Assembly: GCA_016214655.1 (NCBI GenBank)
Contig: JACROC010000005.1
Coordinates: 195,078 to 259,077 of the forward strand
Length of the DNA: 64,000 bases
DNA from: Candidatus Harrisonbacteria bacterium
GTDB taxonomy: Bacteria; Patescibacteriota; Minisyncoccia; UBA6257; 02-FULL-45-10c
Reading direction: 5' to 3'
Positions 9,208 through 18,200 of the stretch are shown piece after piece; the stretch's first letter is position 1; each line of letters begins with the position of its first letter. A model generated the notes under the pieces. The model saw only the letters and a program-made list of their open reading frames with translations, ran no database searches and was not told the origin of the DNA. Position numbers and translations under genes: made by a program.

Positions 9208-10950
9208 TTATGCATTATGTAACTCTTTAGATATATTAGCAAACTCCCGCATCGCCGCCTGGAGCTTATTCTCATCGCCCTCTCCCTCCAGTATTTTAAT
9301 TAAATCGCTGATTTCCTGCCTTTTATCCTTTAAATATTCAACCCTTAATTCCCGTAAAAGGTTCCTCATTTCTTTCTTCAGATTTTCAACGTCAAAATCC
9401 TGATTTTCAAAGCTAAAACGCAAGCTAATAGAATTCATGAAATCTCCCAAATCTGATGATACATTCACGCCTTTATTTAAAAGTAAGTCCCGATAGATAG
9501 TAAGGTATTGTTCTGGGAAATATTTAAGGTGGTCTTCAATGGTCTGCATATCATTTTGCAGATGCAGCATCACCCCCAGAAGCCTTTGCGAAATCAATTC
9601 CCGGCGAGACAATTTTTGGCTTACACTAACTGCCGGTGCGCCCGCCGGAACTATAGCCTCGGCCACGCCAGCCGGCGTCAATATTTCCATTTCTTCAGCC
9701 AAAACCCGCTCATCGATTCTAGCAATTTTAGAGAGCTGATTAAGCCAATGGCTCCGCTCAATCGGACTGGAAAGATTTTTAATCTTGGCGAGCACTACCC
9801 GCAGATTCTGCTTTTTAGCTTTAATGTCAGTGGACGCATTATTAAAATATTTATAAAAATAATAATCCATTGCAGACTTTGCGCCGCCAAGCAAATCTTT
9901 GATTTTACCGGGCTGTTCTCTGACTACATCTGCCGGATCTTTAAATTTTGCATCTTCAATTACCAAAAGTTTCACCGCGAAATCATGCGCTCCCGCCAAA
10001 TCAATACTTCTCTCCGCGGCTATCTGCCCTGCCAGATCAGCATCAAAACTTAACACCACCTCATCAGCTAATCTCCGCAAAACCGCCAAATGATCTTGGG
10101 TCAGAGCAGTCCCGGAGGTAGCTACAGCGTTTTTAATTCCATCCTGCCAGACCATCAGAAAATCCATCTGTCCCTCAACTAAAACTGCAGTTTTAGCCTC
10201 ACGAATATCACTCTTAGTTCTATGAAATCCATATAAAATTTTAGATTTCTGAAAAACCGGGGTTTCCGGACTATTTACATATTTGCCAACGTTAGGATTA
10301 TTATTTCCCGGCAGGATTCTGCCGGTGAATGCAACTACTTTGCCAAAATGATTATAAATCGGAAACATTATGCGGCCACGGAACCTATCCCAATAAGTTC
10401 CCCGCTCGGTTTTAATTGCCAAGCCGGCTTTTTCAATATCCAAAATATTATAGCCAAGTTTTAAAAGATGGTGCGTCAGTATATCAGAACCGTCCGCAGC
10501 AAAACCGATTTCAAACTCCTGAACAGTTTCATCTTTTAATCCCCGCTCCCTCAAATAATTTCTAACTAAGTCGGACTTCACAAGATTAGATCTAAAGAAA
10601 TTTTTAGCCGCCTCCATTACGGCATATAAAGAATTATAAGATTTAAAATCACGATTGCCGGAGGTCTTAATGTCCACGCCGGCTTTTTCCGCCAAAACCT
10701 TTAAAGCATCATAAAATTCCAAATTCTCATATTTCATCAAAAACTTTATGATGTCACCGCCTTCATTGCAGGCGCCAAAACAATGCCAGGATTGCCGTTC
10801 CGGCGAAACCATAAAAGACGGAGTTTTCTCTTTATGGAAGGGGCAGCACGCTTTCATATTTTTACCTGCCGGCTTCAGCTGGACATACGGCCGCAAAAAA
10901 TCCACAATATCTAACTTTTCCTTTATAAGTTGGGCTGTATCAGAAGACAT
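9208..10950 (-). CDS. dnaG: DNA primase DnaG
   Basis: It has a CHC2 zinc finger ([26 protein letters not shown]) and a TOPRIM motif ([10 protein letters not shown]). It is adjacent to rpoD, as in the macromolecular synthesis operon. Confidence 0.9.
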   Translation of the reverse strand: MSSDTAQLIKEKLDIVDFLRPYVQLKPAGKNMKACCPFHKEKTPSFMVSPERQSWHCFGACNEGGDIIKFLMKYENLEFYDALKVLAEKAGVDIKTSGNRDFKSYNSLYAVMEAAKNFFRSNLVKSDLVRNYLRERGLKDETVQEFEIGFAADGSDILTHHLLKLGYNILDIEKAGLAIKTERGTYWDRFRGRIMFPIYNHFGKVVAFTGRILPGNNNPNVGKYVNSPETPVFQKSKILYGFHRTKSDIREAKTAVLVEGQMDFLMVWQDGIKNAVATSGTALTQDHLAVLRRLADEVVLSFDADLAGQIAAERSIDLAGAHDFAVKLLVIEDAKFKDPADVVREQPGKIKDLLGGAKSAMDYYFYKYFNNASTDIKAKKQNLRVVLAKIKNLSSPIERSHWLNQLSKIARIDERVLAEEMEILTPAGVAEAIVPAGAPAVSVSQKLSRRELISQRLLGVMLHLQNDMQTIEDHLKYFPEQYLTIYRDLLLNKGVNVSSDLGDFMNSISLRFSFENQDFDVENLKKEMRNLLRELRVEYLKDKRQEISDLIKILEGEGDENKLQAAMREFANISKELHNA

Positions 10951-10988
10951 ATAGAAATTTTAATCCAAAATTTTCTAAATTAAAAGCC

Positions 10989-11015
10989 TTGACACTAAAA
11001 ACTAAAACCTATAAG
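10989..11015 (+). promoter_or_regulatory. candidate sigma-70 promoter for rpmB (TTGACA-N15-TATAAG)
   Basis: A consensus -35 TTGACA lies at 10989..10994 and a -10-like TATAAG at 11010..11015. The spacer is short at 15 nt. The ATG is about 17 nt downstream with no Shine-Dalgarno sequence. Confidence 0.3.
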
Positions 11016-11031
11016 CTAAAAGCTATCTTAC

Positions 11032-11226
11032 ATGAAACAATGCGAACTTTGCGCCAAAAGTTATTTGATGGGCGGCACCCGCAAATTACTCCGCGGCCAT
11101 TACAATCAAACTAATAAAGGAAGGAAACAGCCAAATCTTCAATGGCTTCATTTGCCAGGCCAAACTGGCCGCGTTAAGGCATGCGTGAAGTGCCTAAGAC
11201 AAACAAAAACGGCTGCAACTAAGTAG
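11032..11226 (+). CDS. rpmB: 50S ribosomal protein L28
   Basis: The 64-aa translation MKQCELCAKSYLMGGTRKLLRGHYNQTNKGRKQPNLQ matches the L28 N-terminal CxxC motif and basic core. Confidence 0.8.
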   Translation: MKQCELCAKSYLMGGTRKLLRGHYNQTNKGRKQPNLQWLHLPGQTGRVKACVKCLRQTKTAATK

Positions 11227-11236
11227 CCGTTTTTTA
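11206..11236 (+). terminator. intrinsic terminator (aacggct-N10-agccgtt plus TTTTT)
   Basis: A 7-bp stem encloses the rpmB stop codon and is followed by a T5 run. Confidence 0.55.
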
Positions 11237-11239
11237 ATG

Positions 11240-11310
11240 TCGGAGTGCCGAGAATCGAACTCGGGCTACATGCACCCCATGCATGCGGACTACCATTATC
11301 CCACACTCCG
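11240..11310 (-). tRNA. tRNA-Pro (anticodon GGG)
   Basis: The hand-folded 71-nt cloverleaf has acceptor CGGAGUG/CACUCCG, anticodon stem CAUGC/GCAUG, loop AUGGGGU and T-arm CCGAG-UUCGAUU-CUCGG. No CCA is encoded. Confidence 0.9.
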
Positions 11311-11377
11311 TCATCGATAGAATAACCCAGAAAGTTCTTTTGTTCAACAAAAATCCGCTAAAAGGCGGATTTTAAAT

Positions 11378-12382
11378 TTACTTTAAAAGCGGTTCAATCA
11401 TTCCAAAAACTCTTTCCTCATCTGCCCTTGTGCTGGTTAACACTAATTCGCGGTGCTCTACTGTATCCGGTAAGCAAAACTTCTTTGCGTCTTCAATAAA
11501 AACTGCTTGTCTTTGCGAATCCTTAATCCCACGCCGTTCCAAATTTTTCTTTAAAACCTCATCTGAAGCCGGACGCAACAGAATGATTGCCACATTGATT
11601 TCGTACCTGCAACCATAAAGCGCCTCTGTACCACGCGGAGTAAGCGCCATAATGCCGTGAGAGTCACGAAGTACGCTTTTCGTTTCATCTAAAGAAGAAC
11701 CGTAGTACTGATCCAGCCGATGATCATGCTCATCTCTGTAATGATCATGCTCTAAGAAGGCGCAATTTCTTATCCCTTCCTCAAACTGTTCTTTGGCAAG
11801 AAAATAATAATATTTCCGGTCATTCTCATCACGGGGCTGTCTAGTGGTTACATTTCTTACTCTCTGCAGTTTGCTGCCGAATTTCTTTTTTAGTTTTTCG
11901 GTCCAATAAGTTTTGCCAATAGCGCGCGGCCCCACAAAATCAATCAGCCAATAACGTCCCCGTAAATCTCTGGAGACATCGCCATATCGGGAATCCTTGC
12001 TTAATTTCTCATATTCCTCGTCCCATCTTCCATCAAACTCTCCCGCCGCATCTCCCCTGAATATTCTGATATTCTTCGCCGGGTCCCATTCCAAACGGTC
12101 ACGCCATTCGCCCATCACTCCTTCAGATATTCCAAAAACACCGGTAGAACCACAGCTGCGCTGAATATTCAAATCCAGCTTCAGAATTGCCGAACGGCCA
12201 ACTCTGCTTTTTTCCAAATTCCGGCCCTTATATCCTTGAATATCAAAAGGGTCTATGCCTTCATAGCCCAGGCTGTCCACAAACGCCTTTAATCTTTCGC
12301 CCTGATTAGCGTTGCGGCTGGGATGCGCCAAATACATAAGAGCCGCCTCTCCCGTCTTCGGCTTCAGCCATTCAGGAGTCAT
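11378..12382 (-). CDS. guanylate kinase homolog fused to an unknown 150-aa N-terminal domain
   Basis: The C-terminal 185 aa align by eye with Gmk. They show a P-loop GPRAIGKT, TTRQPRDENDRKYYYF (cf. TTRxPRxGE..G.dYhFV), AFLEHDHY (cf. AFLEHAEV) and a LID-region RRG. Residues 1-150 (MTPEWLKPKTGEAALMYLAHPSRNANQGERL...) match nothing I recognise. Confidence 0.7.
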   Translation of the reverse strand: MTPEWLKPKTGEAALMYLAHPSRNANQGERLKAFVDSLGYEGIDPFDIQGYKGRNLEKSRVGRSAILKLDLNIQRSCGSTGVFGISEGVMGEWRDRLEWDPAKNIRIFRGDAAGEFDGRWDEEYEKLSKDSRYGDVSRDLRGRYWLIDFVGPRAIGKTYWTEKLKKKFGSKLQRVRNVTTRQPRDENDRKYYYFLAKEQFEEGIRNCAFLEHDHYRDEHDHRLDQYYGSSLDETKSVLRDSHGIMALTPRGTEALYGCRYEINVAIILLRPASDEVLKKNLERRGIKDSQRQAVFIEDAKKFCLPDTVEHRELVLTSTRADEERVFGMIEPLLK

Positions 12383-12440
12383 TTATGCCTTATACTGATT
12401 TAACAGAGCTGTATTTAAAATAACTCATCTGAAAAAAATC

Positions 12441-12471
12441 GGCAAATTAAAAACCCGCCTTCTAAGCGGGT
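12441..12471 (-). terminator. intrinsic terminator (acccgc-loop-gcgggt plus U-run on minus strand)
   Basis: The hairpin encloses the stop codon of the 12462..13064 ORF. An A-run on the plus strand follows. Confidence 0.45.
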
Positions 12472-13064
12472 AAGTACCGTGCAGGAAAATAAGGCAATAA
12501 AACTATTGTTCTATTCGGACGCCGGTCAACGATTTCAAAAAGCGGAAAATAATTAAATTCCTGATGTTGATTTTCATCCGGTAAATCTAAAAATAAGTTA
12601 ACCGTATCCCGATATACTTTAAACAAAAGCAGACCCTTCGTCTCTAAGTCGAATGGACGATAATCAATATTTTCTAAAAAAGCGCGCCTTTGATTCAAAA
12701 ACTTCAGAACTTGGCTGCGCTCCCGCGGTTCCAGACTGGAAAGGTAGGTCTTTTGACCGCGCACCCTATCAATTTCATTAAAAAGATACTTGATTTCCGC
12801 CTTAAAAAGATGAAAGGCTAATAAATCTTCTTTGGGTTTAGTAATATTGATGGCAATCGGCTCGGGAAGAAATAACACTTTATTTCGGTGTAAAATAATG
12901 ATCGCCTCATCAGCGCTATCAATTATTTTCTTAAGTGATGTTTCTGTGGTTATAATCTTAAACAGTTCTTCCAATTTATCTTTTTTACGAAAATAAATCG
13001 TGACATAAATCGTAACTGCAACTACCGGGAAAACAATAAATAGAAACATGCCGAAAACCAGCAT
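12462..13064 (-). CDS. hypothetical N-terminally membrane-anchored protein
   Basis: The 200-aa ORF has one N-terminal TM segment (FGMFLFIVFPVVAVTIYVTIYF). No family was recognised. Confidence 0.45.
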   Translation of the reverse strand: MLVFGMFLFIVFPVVAVTIYVTIYFRKKDKLEELFKIITTETSLKKIIDSADEAIIILHRNKVLFLPEPIAINITKPKEDLLAFHLFKAEIKYLFNEIDRVRGQKTYLSSLEPRERSQVLKFLNQRRAFLENIDYRPFDLETKGLLLFKVYRDTVNLFLDLPDENQHQEFNYFPLFEIVDRRPNRTIVLLPYFPARYLPA

Positions 13065-13309
13065 AACACCCTCCTTTCAAAGAACTTAATTTAAATATAA
13101 GTTAATTCCTGAAAATAAACCAGAAATATGTTATGATAAAAGTGACCTCCTGAAAAGGATGTGTCATAAAATCTCGCTCGTTTTCCGGATCAAATTGTTT
13201 ATAAAGGGAGGGCAACATAGCTGCGGCCTGCGGGCTGTAGTTGAGCCCACCCACCTGCTTCATAGCCGGGAACAATTGGGCGAGATTTTATTTTTATTGA
13301 AAAAATAAA

Positions 13310-13708
13310 TTGTATCTGATATACTACAGCCAGCACTTCTCTAAAGAAAAAGTCATGGATCGACGAGTCGGCTGCGAATACTGCAAATTAATATACGGAT
13401 TTGAGGAACCAAAAAGAGAAACAATCTTTGCTACGCGTCATTTTCTAGCATTCTGGGACGATGAAACAAAACAGAAAATCCTGGTTATCGGTAAAGATCA
13501 CGGCTGGACACCACAATGGACGTCCACACCCCAAGGCGAAAAAGAGATAGATTTCAAGAAGGCACAAAATCAAGCTATGAATATTCTAAGTAAAAATCAC
13601 CCGAGCAAACTGGTCAGCACATATGCCGGTGACCCAAACCAGCCGCCCAAAGATCATTTCTCACTGATAGCTCAGGCTACAGAAGTACCGCCAAACTACG
13701 GATGGTAA
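13310..13708 (+). CDS. hypothetical protein with weak HIT-like N-terminal pattern; real start possibly Met16 (13355)
   Basis: The segment CEYCKLIYGFEEPKRETIFATRHFLAFWDDETKQKILVIGKDH resembles the HIT-family core (C.FCKI...VLAFLDI...GH.LVIPK.H). A clear HxHxH triad was not found. Confidence 0.4.
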   Translation: MYLIYYSQHFSKEKVMDRRVGCEYCKLIYGFEEPKRETIFATRHFLAFWDDETKQKILVIGKDHGWTPQWTSTPQGEKEIDFKKAQNQAMNILSKNHPSKLVSTYAGDPNQPPKDHFSLIAQATEVPPNYGW

Positions 13709-13711
13709 ATC

Positions 13712-13741
13712 AAAAAACTCCGACTTTAATCGGAGTTTTCT
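13712..13741. terminator. bidirectional terminator hairpin between convergent genes (aaaactccga-ctttaa-tcggagtttt)
   Basis: A 10-bp stem is flanked by A- and T-runs. It lies between the plus-strand ORF ending at 13708 and the ndk stop at 13741. Confidence 0.55.
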
Positions 13742-14259
13742 TATTCAAGGACACTATCCAAGTTTACATCATACAAAATCTTCTCGCGAACACTCTTATA
13801 ATTCACCAACTCGCTATCCTTAAACCAAACTTTGGTTTCTTTTTCCGCATCATCGGTGCTGGAAGAAGCGTGCACCAAATTCCTTACTGCACGTCCGTCT
13901 TTATCGGCGAGATCATAAGAATCCAAGGTAAAATCGCCGCGGATTGTGCCAACATCAGATTGAAGCGGTTCAGTTGAACCAACTAATTTTCGCACTACGG
14001 GAATTGCTTTATTGCCTTCCAATACCATCGCCACTACCGGGCTGGCAGACAAAAACTTAGCCAGATGATCAAGTATAGTCTGTGGAAGATTAGGATTTAT
14101 TTTATAATGCATATATGCCTGTTCCTTAGTTGGAAGCAAAAACTTCATAGCCACAATCTTCAGTCCAGCCTTTTCAAACCGGCCGACAATCTCCCCAACC
14201 AGATTCCGCTGGACTGCGTCAGGTTTTAATAAAACTAGAGTTCTTTCTTTAACATTCAT
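13741..14259 (-). CDS. ndk: nucleoside diphosphate kinase
   Basis: The N-terminus ERTLVLLKPDAVQRNLVGEIVGRFEKAGLKIVAMK is the canonical NDK start. The active-site region reads NLVHASSS. Confidence 0.85.
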   Translation of the reverse strand: MNVKERTLVLLKPDAVQRNLVGEIVGRFEKAGLKIVAMKFLLPTKEQAYMHYKINPNLPQTILDHLAKFLSASPVVAMVLEGNKAIPVVRKLVGSTEPLQSDVGTIRGDFTLDSYDLADKDGRAVRNLVHASSSTDDAEKETKVWFKDSELVNYKSVREKILYDVNLDSVLE

Positions 14260-14260
14260 A

Positions 14261-14965
14261 TTAATTAATTATTGTACCAACAAACTTTTTATTTTTAAAG
14301 TAGTTATCCAGATTCTTCAAATTATCACCTCTTAAAATAACCGCCTTTATCCCAAGCTTGCTGGCTTTTGCGGACGCAATGGGATCAAAAGGAGCATTCA
14401 GGCCCGGACCCCACTTACTTCCGACTAATTTTTTAAATTCTTTCCAAGAAATTTTATTAATCGGTTTTGCATCAGAAAATTTCTTCGGATCTTTGTCATA
14501 TACTTGTTGAATATTAGAAAGATTAATCACGGTATCAGCTCCATAATCTTTACATAAAAGTACGGCATCGTAATCAGTAGACCACCCAGGTTTCCAGCCG
14601 GCGCCTATAACTACCGGTTCAGCTGCCTTGCGAATAACGCCGTAATCTTTGATTATATTAGGATGGGCAATATCTCTAAAAATAGTTCGTAAAAGATGCG
14701 CGTTTAATCTAGTTGCGTGAATGCCAAGCCAGTCCAAATCATCAGGAGTTAATTCTTTGCCAACCACTTCTTTTCCCGCATCCCGGTAATTCCTGGCTAC
14801 TTTCCCGCCGCCGACCACAATAAAAAATTGCCGATTTTTATTCTCTGCCAATTTTTTACGAATAAAGCGGTTAAATTCCGATAAAAATTTAGTATTAGGG
14901 CCGCCATCCGGCACCACCAAGCTTCCACCTAAAGAAATAACTATTTTATCTTTCGCGTCGCTCAT
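14261..14965 (-). CDS. pyrH: UMP kinase, short archaeal-type (amino acid kinase family)
   Basis: It carries ISLGGSLV and VVGGG glycine-rich motifs of the carbamate/amino-acid kinase fold. At 234 aa it is shorter than bacterial PyrH. Confidence 0.75.
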   Translation of the reverse strand: MSDAKDKIVISLGGSLVVPDGGPNTKFLSEFNRFIRKKLAENKNRQFFIVVGGGKVARNYRDAGKEVVGKELTPDDLDWLGIHATRLNAHLLRTIFRDIAHPNIIKDYGVIRKAAEPVVIGAGWKPGWSTDYDAVLLCKDYGADTVINLSNIQQVYDKDPKKFSDAKPINKISWKEFKKLVGSKWGPGLNAPFDPIASAKASKLGIKAVILRGDNLKNLDNYFKNKKFVGTIIN

Positions 14966-16350
14966 TATTTTTTCTTTTTAATTTCTAATCCCAATTCTTT
15001 CAACTGTTCTTTACTTACCTCTGATGGCGCTTCCATCATCAGATCCCGGGCATCACCGGTTTTCGGAAATGCAATCACCTCCCTGATATTCGGTTCATTT
15101 TCTAAAATCATTATTAATCGGTCTAAGCCCGGAGCAATTCCGCCATGCGGAGGCGCGCCGCTGCCAAGCGCTTCCAGCATATGCCCGAAATTGTTCATAA
15201 TTCTCTCTTCCGCAAGGCCCATGATTTCAAAAACTTTCTTCAACGCTTCCGGCTGGTGATTACGGATGCTTCCTCCGCCAACCTCAAAACCATTTAAAAC
15301 AATATCATATTGAGTAGTTAATATTTCGCCGATATTCTTTTTCTCCATCAGCCACTCCACGTGCTCCGGTTTAGGTGAAGAAAATGGATTATGAGTGAAT
15401 GTCCATCTTTCATCAGTTTTTTCGAAGAACGGAAAATCTACCACCCAGCAAAACGCCAAAAGATTTGGGTCATCTTTAGTTTCGCGCAAATCCGGCCGGT
15501 CAGTCCCATATTTTTCCATTGCTTCTTTATAGCTCATTCTGGGAAACGGCATTTGCTGAATTTTCTTCCCTGGATAAAGCGTCTGCACGGCTTTAATAAA
15601 CATCTCCTCAATCAAACTCATCACATCCTCTTCTCTGACAAAACTCATCTCCAGGTCCAGCTGGGTAAATTCCGGCTGCCGGTCGCCGCGAGTATCCTCA
15701 TCTCGGAAACAACGCGCCACCTGAAAATAACGCTCCATCCCGGCAACCATTAAAAGCTGTTTATATTGCTGAGGAGATTGCGGAAGCGCATAAAATTTTC
15801 CATTATATAAACGCGAAGGCACTAGATAATCTCTTGCTCCCTCCGGAGTTGATTTACTTAAAATCGGCGTCTCCACTTCCACAAAATCCCGCTCGCGCAA
15901 AAAATTTCGCATAAAGGCGATCACCTTATCCCGATTCCGAATATTTTTTTGTAGCCGCTGCCTTCGTAAATCAATATAGCGATATTTCATCCGCACATCT
16001 TCCCCGACTTCAGTCCCATCCGTTCCGACCTCAAAAGGCGGAGTTTTTGCCTCATTCAAAACTTCTAATTTTTCTGCTAGGACCTCATATTCTCCGGTTG
16101 GCAAATCTTTATTAACCATAGCCGGCGGACGCTTATTTACTTGCCCAACAATCTTAACCACCCACTCTGAACGGAGCTTATCTGCTTTTTCATAAAGCGC
16201 CTTGCCGACAAAAACCAACTGGCAAATGCCAGATCTATCCCGGAGATCAATAAAAATAAGCTTGCCGTGATCACGGCGAACCGAAACCCAGCCCATCAGC
16301 TCAACCTTTTGGCCTTCTTTGTTTACAATATCCTTAACTAAAATTCGCAT
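14965..16350 (-). CDS. aspS: aspartyl-tRNA synthetase lacking the bacterial insertion domain
   Basis: It has an N-terminal OB fold. Motif 2 reads [24 protein letters not shown] (E. coli AspRS has [24 protein letters not shown]). Motif 3 reads [14 protein letters not shown]. It is 461 aa against roughly 590 aa in E. coli. Confidence 0.85.
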   Translation of the reverse strand: [461 protein letters not shown]

Positions 16351-16417
16351 TATTTAGAAAATAATTAGCATTATTTGCGATTACTCCGTTTAAATATAAC
16401 TTATTTTTATAAAAAGA

Positions 16418-16445
16418 AAAAGCTCTCTTGAAAGAGAGCTTTGAA
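16418..16445 (-). terminator. intrinsic terminator (gctctctt-gaa-agagagc plus U-run on minus)
   Basis: A perfect 8-9 bp stem sits downstream of the 16494..17273 ORF. An A-run on the plus strand follows. Confidence 0.45.
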
Positions 16446-16493
16446 AAACAAAAAAAGGGGTTTATTCGCAGAAGGAACCGTGCAAGGGTCTTG

Positions 16494-17273
16494 TTACAAT
16501 GCCTCCTGTTCAGACCAGTAGAAATAGTACATAGCTCCGCTCCACAAAACGAAGAAGATCAGGGATAAATAAAGGCTTGTCTCAAAACCGGAATACCATC
16601 CCCAACTAAAATTTGCCCCTAAACCGGACACCAAACCGACGATCGCGCCTCCGAAAAACAGGCTTATGAACACCGCGGCAATAATCGTTATCAGAAAGCA
16701 CTGATAAAAATTAAAATTCATTTCCATTGGCAAGGGAGAGACGCCGATCGCCATCCCCAGCCAGAAACCGTAGTAAAGATCACTATCGCTTTGCACATAG
16801 AAAAATCTATGCTCTTCAAGGACAGAAATCACCCAAATTATCCCAAAAAAGGCTTCCAGATAAACAGAAAACATAAGCATATCTTTCCAGGAAAAAACGC
16901 CGAGATTGGCAAAGACTAAAGCGCCATTAAGATGCATCAGCGATACGGTTTTCCTCAGCGCCAGCCATATGACCGAATAGGAACAAAGACAGAACAGAAA
17001 AATCTTCAGCATAGTAAGGCTGGTATGCTCTTTTACAAATCTCTTTCGCATTGATCTTAGAGAATATTTTTCCCGAATCAGCTTTCTCTTTGCCAAATAA
17101 TCGTCTATTGCGGTTTGCGGCAAACCCCTTGCTTTTAAAATCGTGGCGATCACTTCCTCAAGAGTCATTCCTTTTTCCGCGATAAACACTTCCTTAATCG
17201 TCTTCATGGTCAGCTGCTTATCCCTATTTTTTAAAAGTTCGAGTAACTGCGCTGCGGCGCTTTCTTCAGCCAT
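16494..17273 (-). CDS. hypothetical polytopic membrane protein with a soluble N-terminal domain
   Basis: The 259-aa ORF has several hydrophobic helices in its C-terminal two thirds. No family was recognised. Confidence 0.45.
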   Translation of the reverse strand: MAEESAAAQLLELLKNRDKQLTMKTIKEVFIAEKGMTLEEVIATILKARGLPQTAIDDYLAKRKLIREKYSLRSMRKRFVKEHTSLTMLKIFLFCLCSYSVIWLALRKTVSLMHLNGALVFANLGVFSWKDMLMFSVYLEAFFGIIWVISVLEEHRFFYVQSDSDLYYGFWLGMAIGVSPLPMEMNFNFYQCFLITIIAAVFISLFFGGAIVGLVSGLGANFSWGWYSGFETSLYLSLIFFVLWSGAMYYFYWSEQEAL

Positions 17274-17342
17274 TCAATCCTCCTTATTTTTTCAAATCAC
17301 AACTGCATATAAGGTAACACAAACCACCGTGCCTGTCAAAAT

Positions 17343-18200
17343 TTACCTTTTGAAGGTATGTAGATTTAATTTGCCGCCGGCAAGCACTAATTTTAAAAGA
17401 CCATCCCTATCCGTTCTATAAACCCCTCCGAAACTCGCAAGCCGCTGGAGCGCTTCTTTAGTCGGGTGGCCATAACGATTTTTGCCAACTTCAATAACCG
17501 ATAATTTGGGGCGGGCTTCTTTCAGGAATGATAGGTCAGAAGAATATTTAGATCCGTGATGACTGACTTTTAAGATGTCCACATCTACATCGTATAAATT
17601 CGCAAGTTGTTTCTCTTTCTCGCCGCTGATATCGCAGCCATAAAACGCTTTTAAACCGCTACTTTTTAAGATTGCCACAAGACACAAATCATTAACATTT
17701 TTTGCAATATCCGAATCTCTAGGATTTAAAATATCTAGTTCCGAACCTCCATACTTTATTTTATCTCCGGCGCGCATTACCACGGTTTTTAAATTCTGAT
17801 CCTTGATTACTTTTTCCAGCGCCCGCCAGGAGACATTCGGGCTGCCGTATTCACTCATCAGCACCGCGCCAATCTTATAATTTTTAAATAGCTTTATAAA
17901 CCCGCCGAAATGATCGAGTTGCGGATGAGAAATCATCACCAAATCAATATAGCGGTCACTAATTCGTAAAATTTTTTCTAAATTTTCTTCCAACCGGCCG
18001 TTCGGGGGACCGCCGTCAATAAGTACTTTTATTCCGCCGGGTAAAACTACTAAGGAGCTGTCTCCTTGTCCGATGTCTAAAAAATATAATTTCAGTTTGT
18101 CCGCGCTCGCCGGAAATAAAATTAAAAGCCAAACTGCAATATCAATTATAACCAGTGAACTAAGAATTATTTTAAAATATTTAAACCCTTTTTCTTTCAT
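17343..18200 (-). CDS. ComEC/Rec2 C-terminal metallo-beta-lactamase-fold domain protein
   Basis: It has an N-terminal TM segment. The MBL signature reads YFLDIGQGDSSLV...ISHPQLDHFGG. It overlaps the upstream ORF by 20 nt in another frame. Confidence 0.75.
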   Translation of the reverse strand: MKEKGFKYFKIILSSLVIIDIAVWLLILFPASADKLKLYFLDIGQGDSSLVVLPGGIKVLIDGGPPNGRLEENLEKILRISDRYIDLVMISHPQLDHFGGFIKLFKNYKIGAVLMSEYGSPNVSWRALEKVIKDQNLKTVVMRAGDKIKYGGSELDILNPRDSDIAKNVNDLCLVAILKSSGLKAFYGCDISGEKEKQLANLYDVDVDILKVSHHGSKYSSDLSFLKEARPKLSVIEVGKNRYGHPTKEALQRLASFGGVYRTDRDGLLKLVLAGGKLNLHTFKR

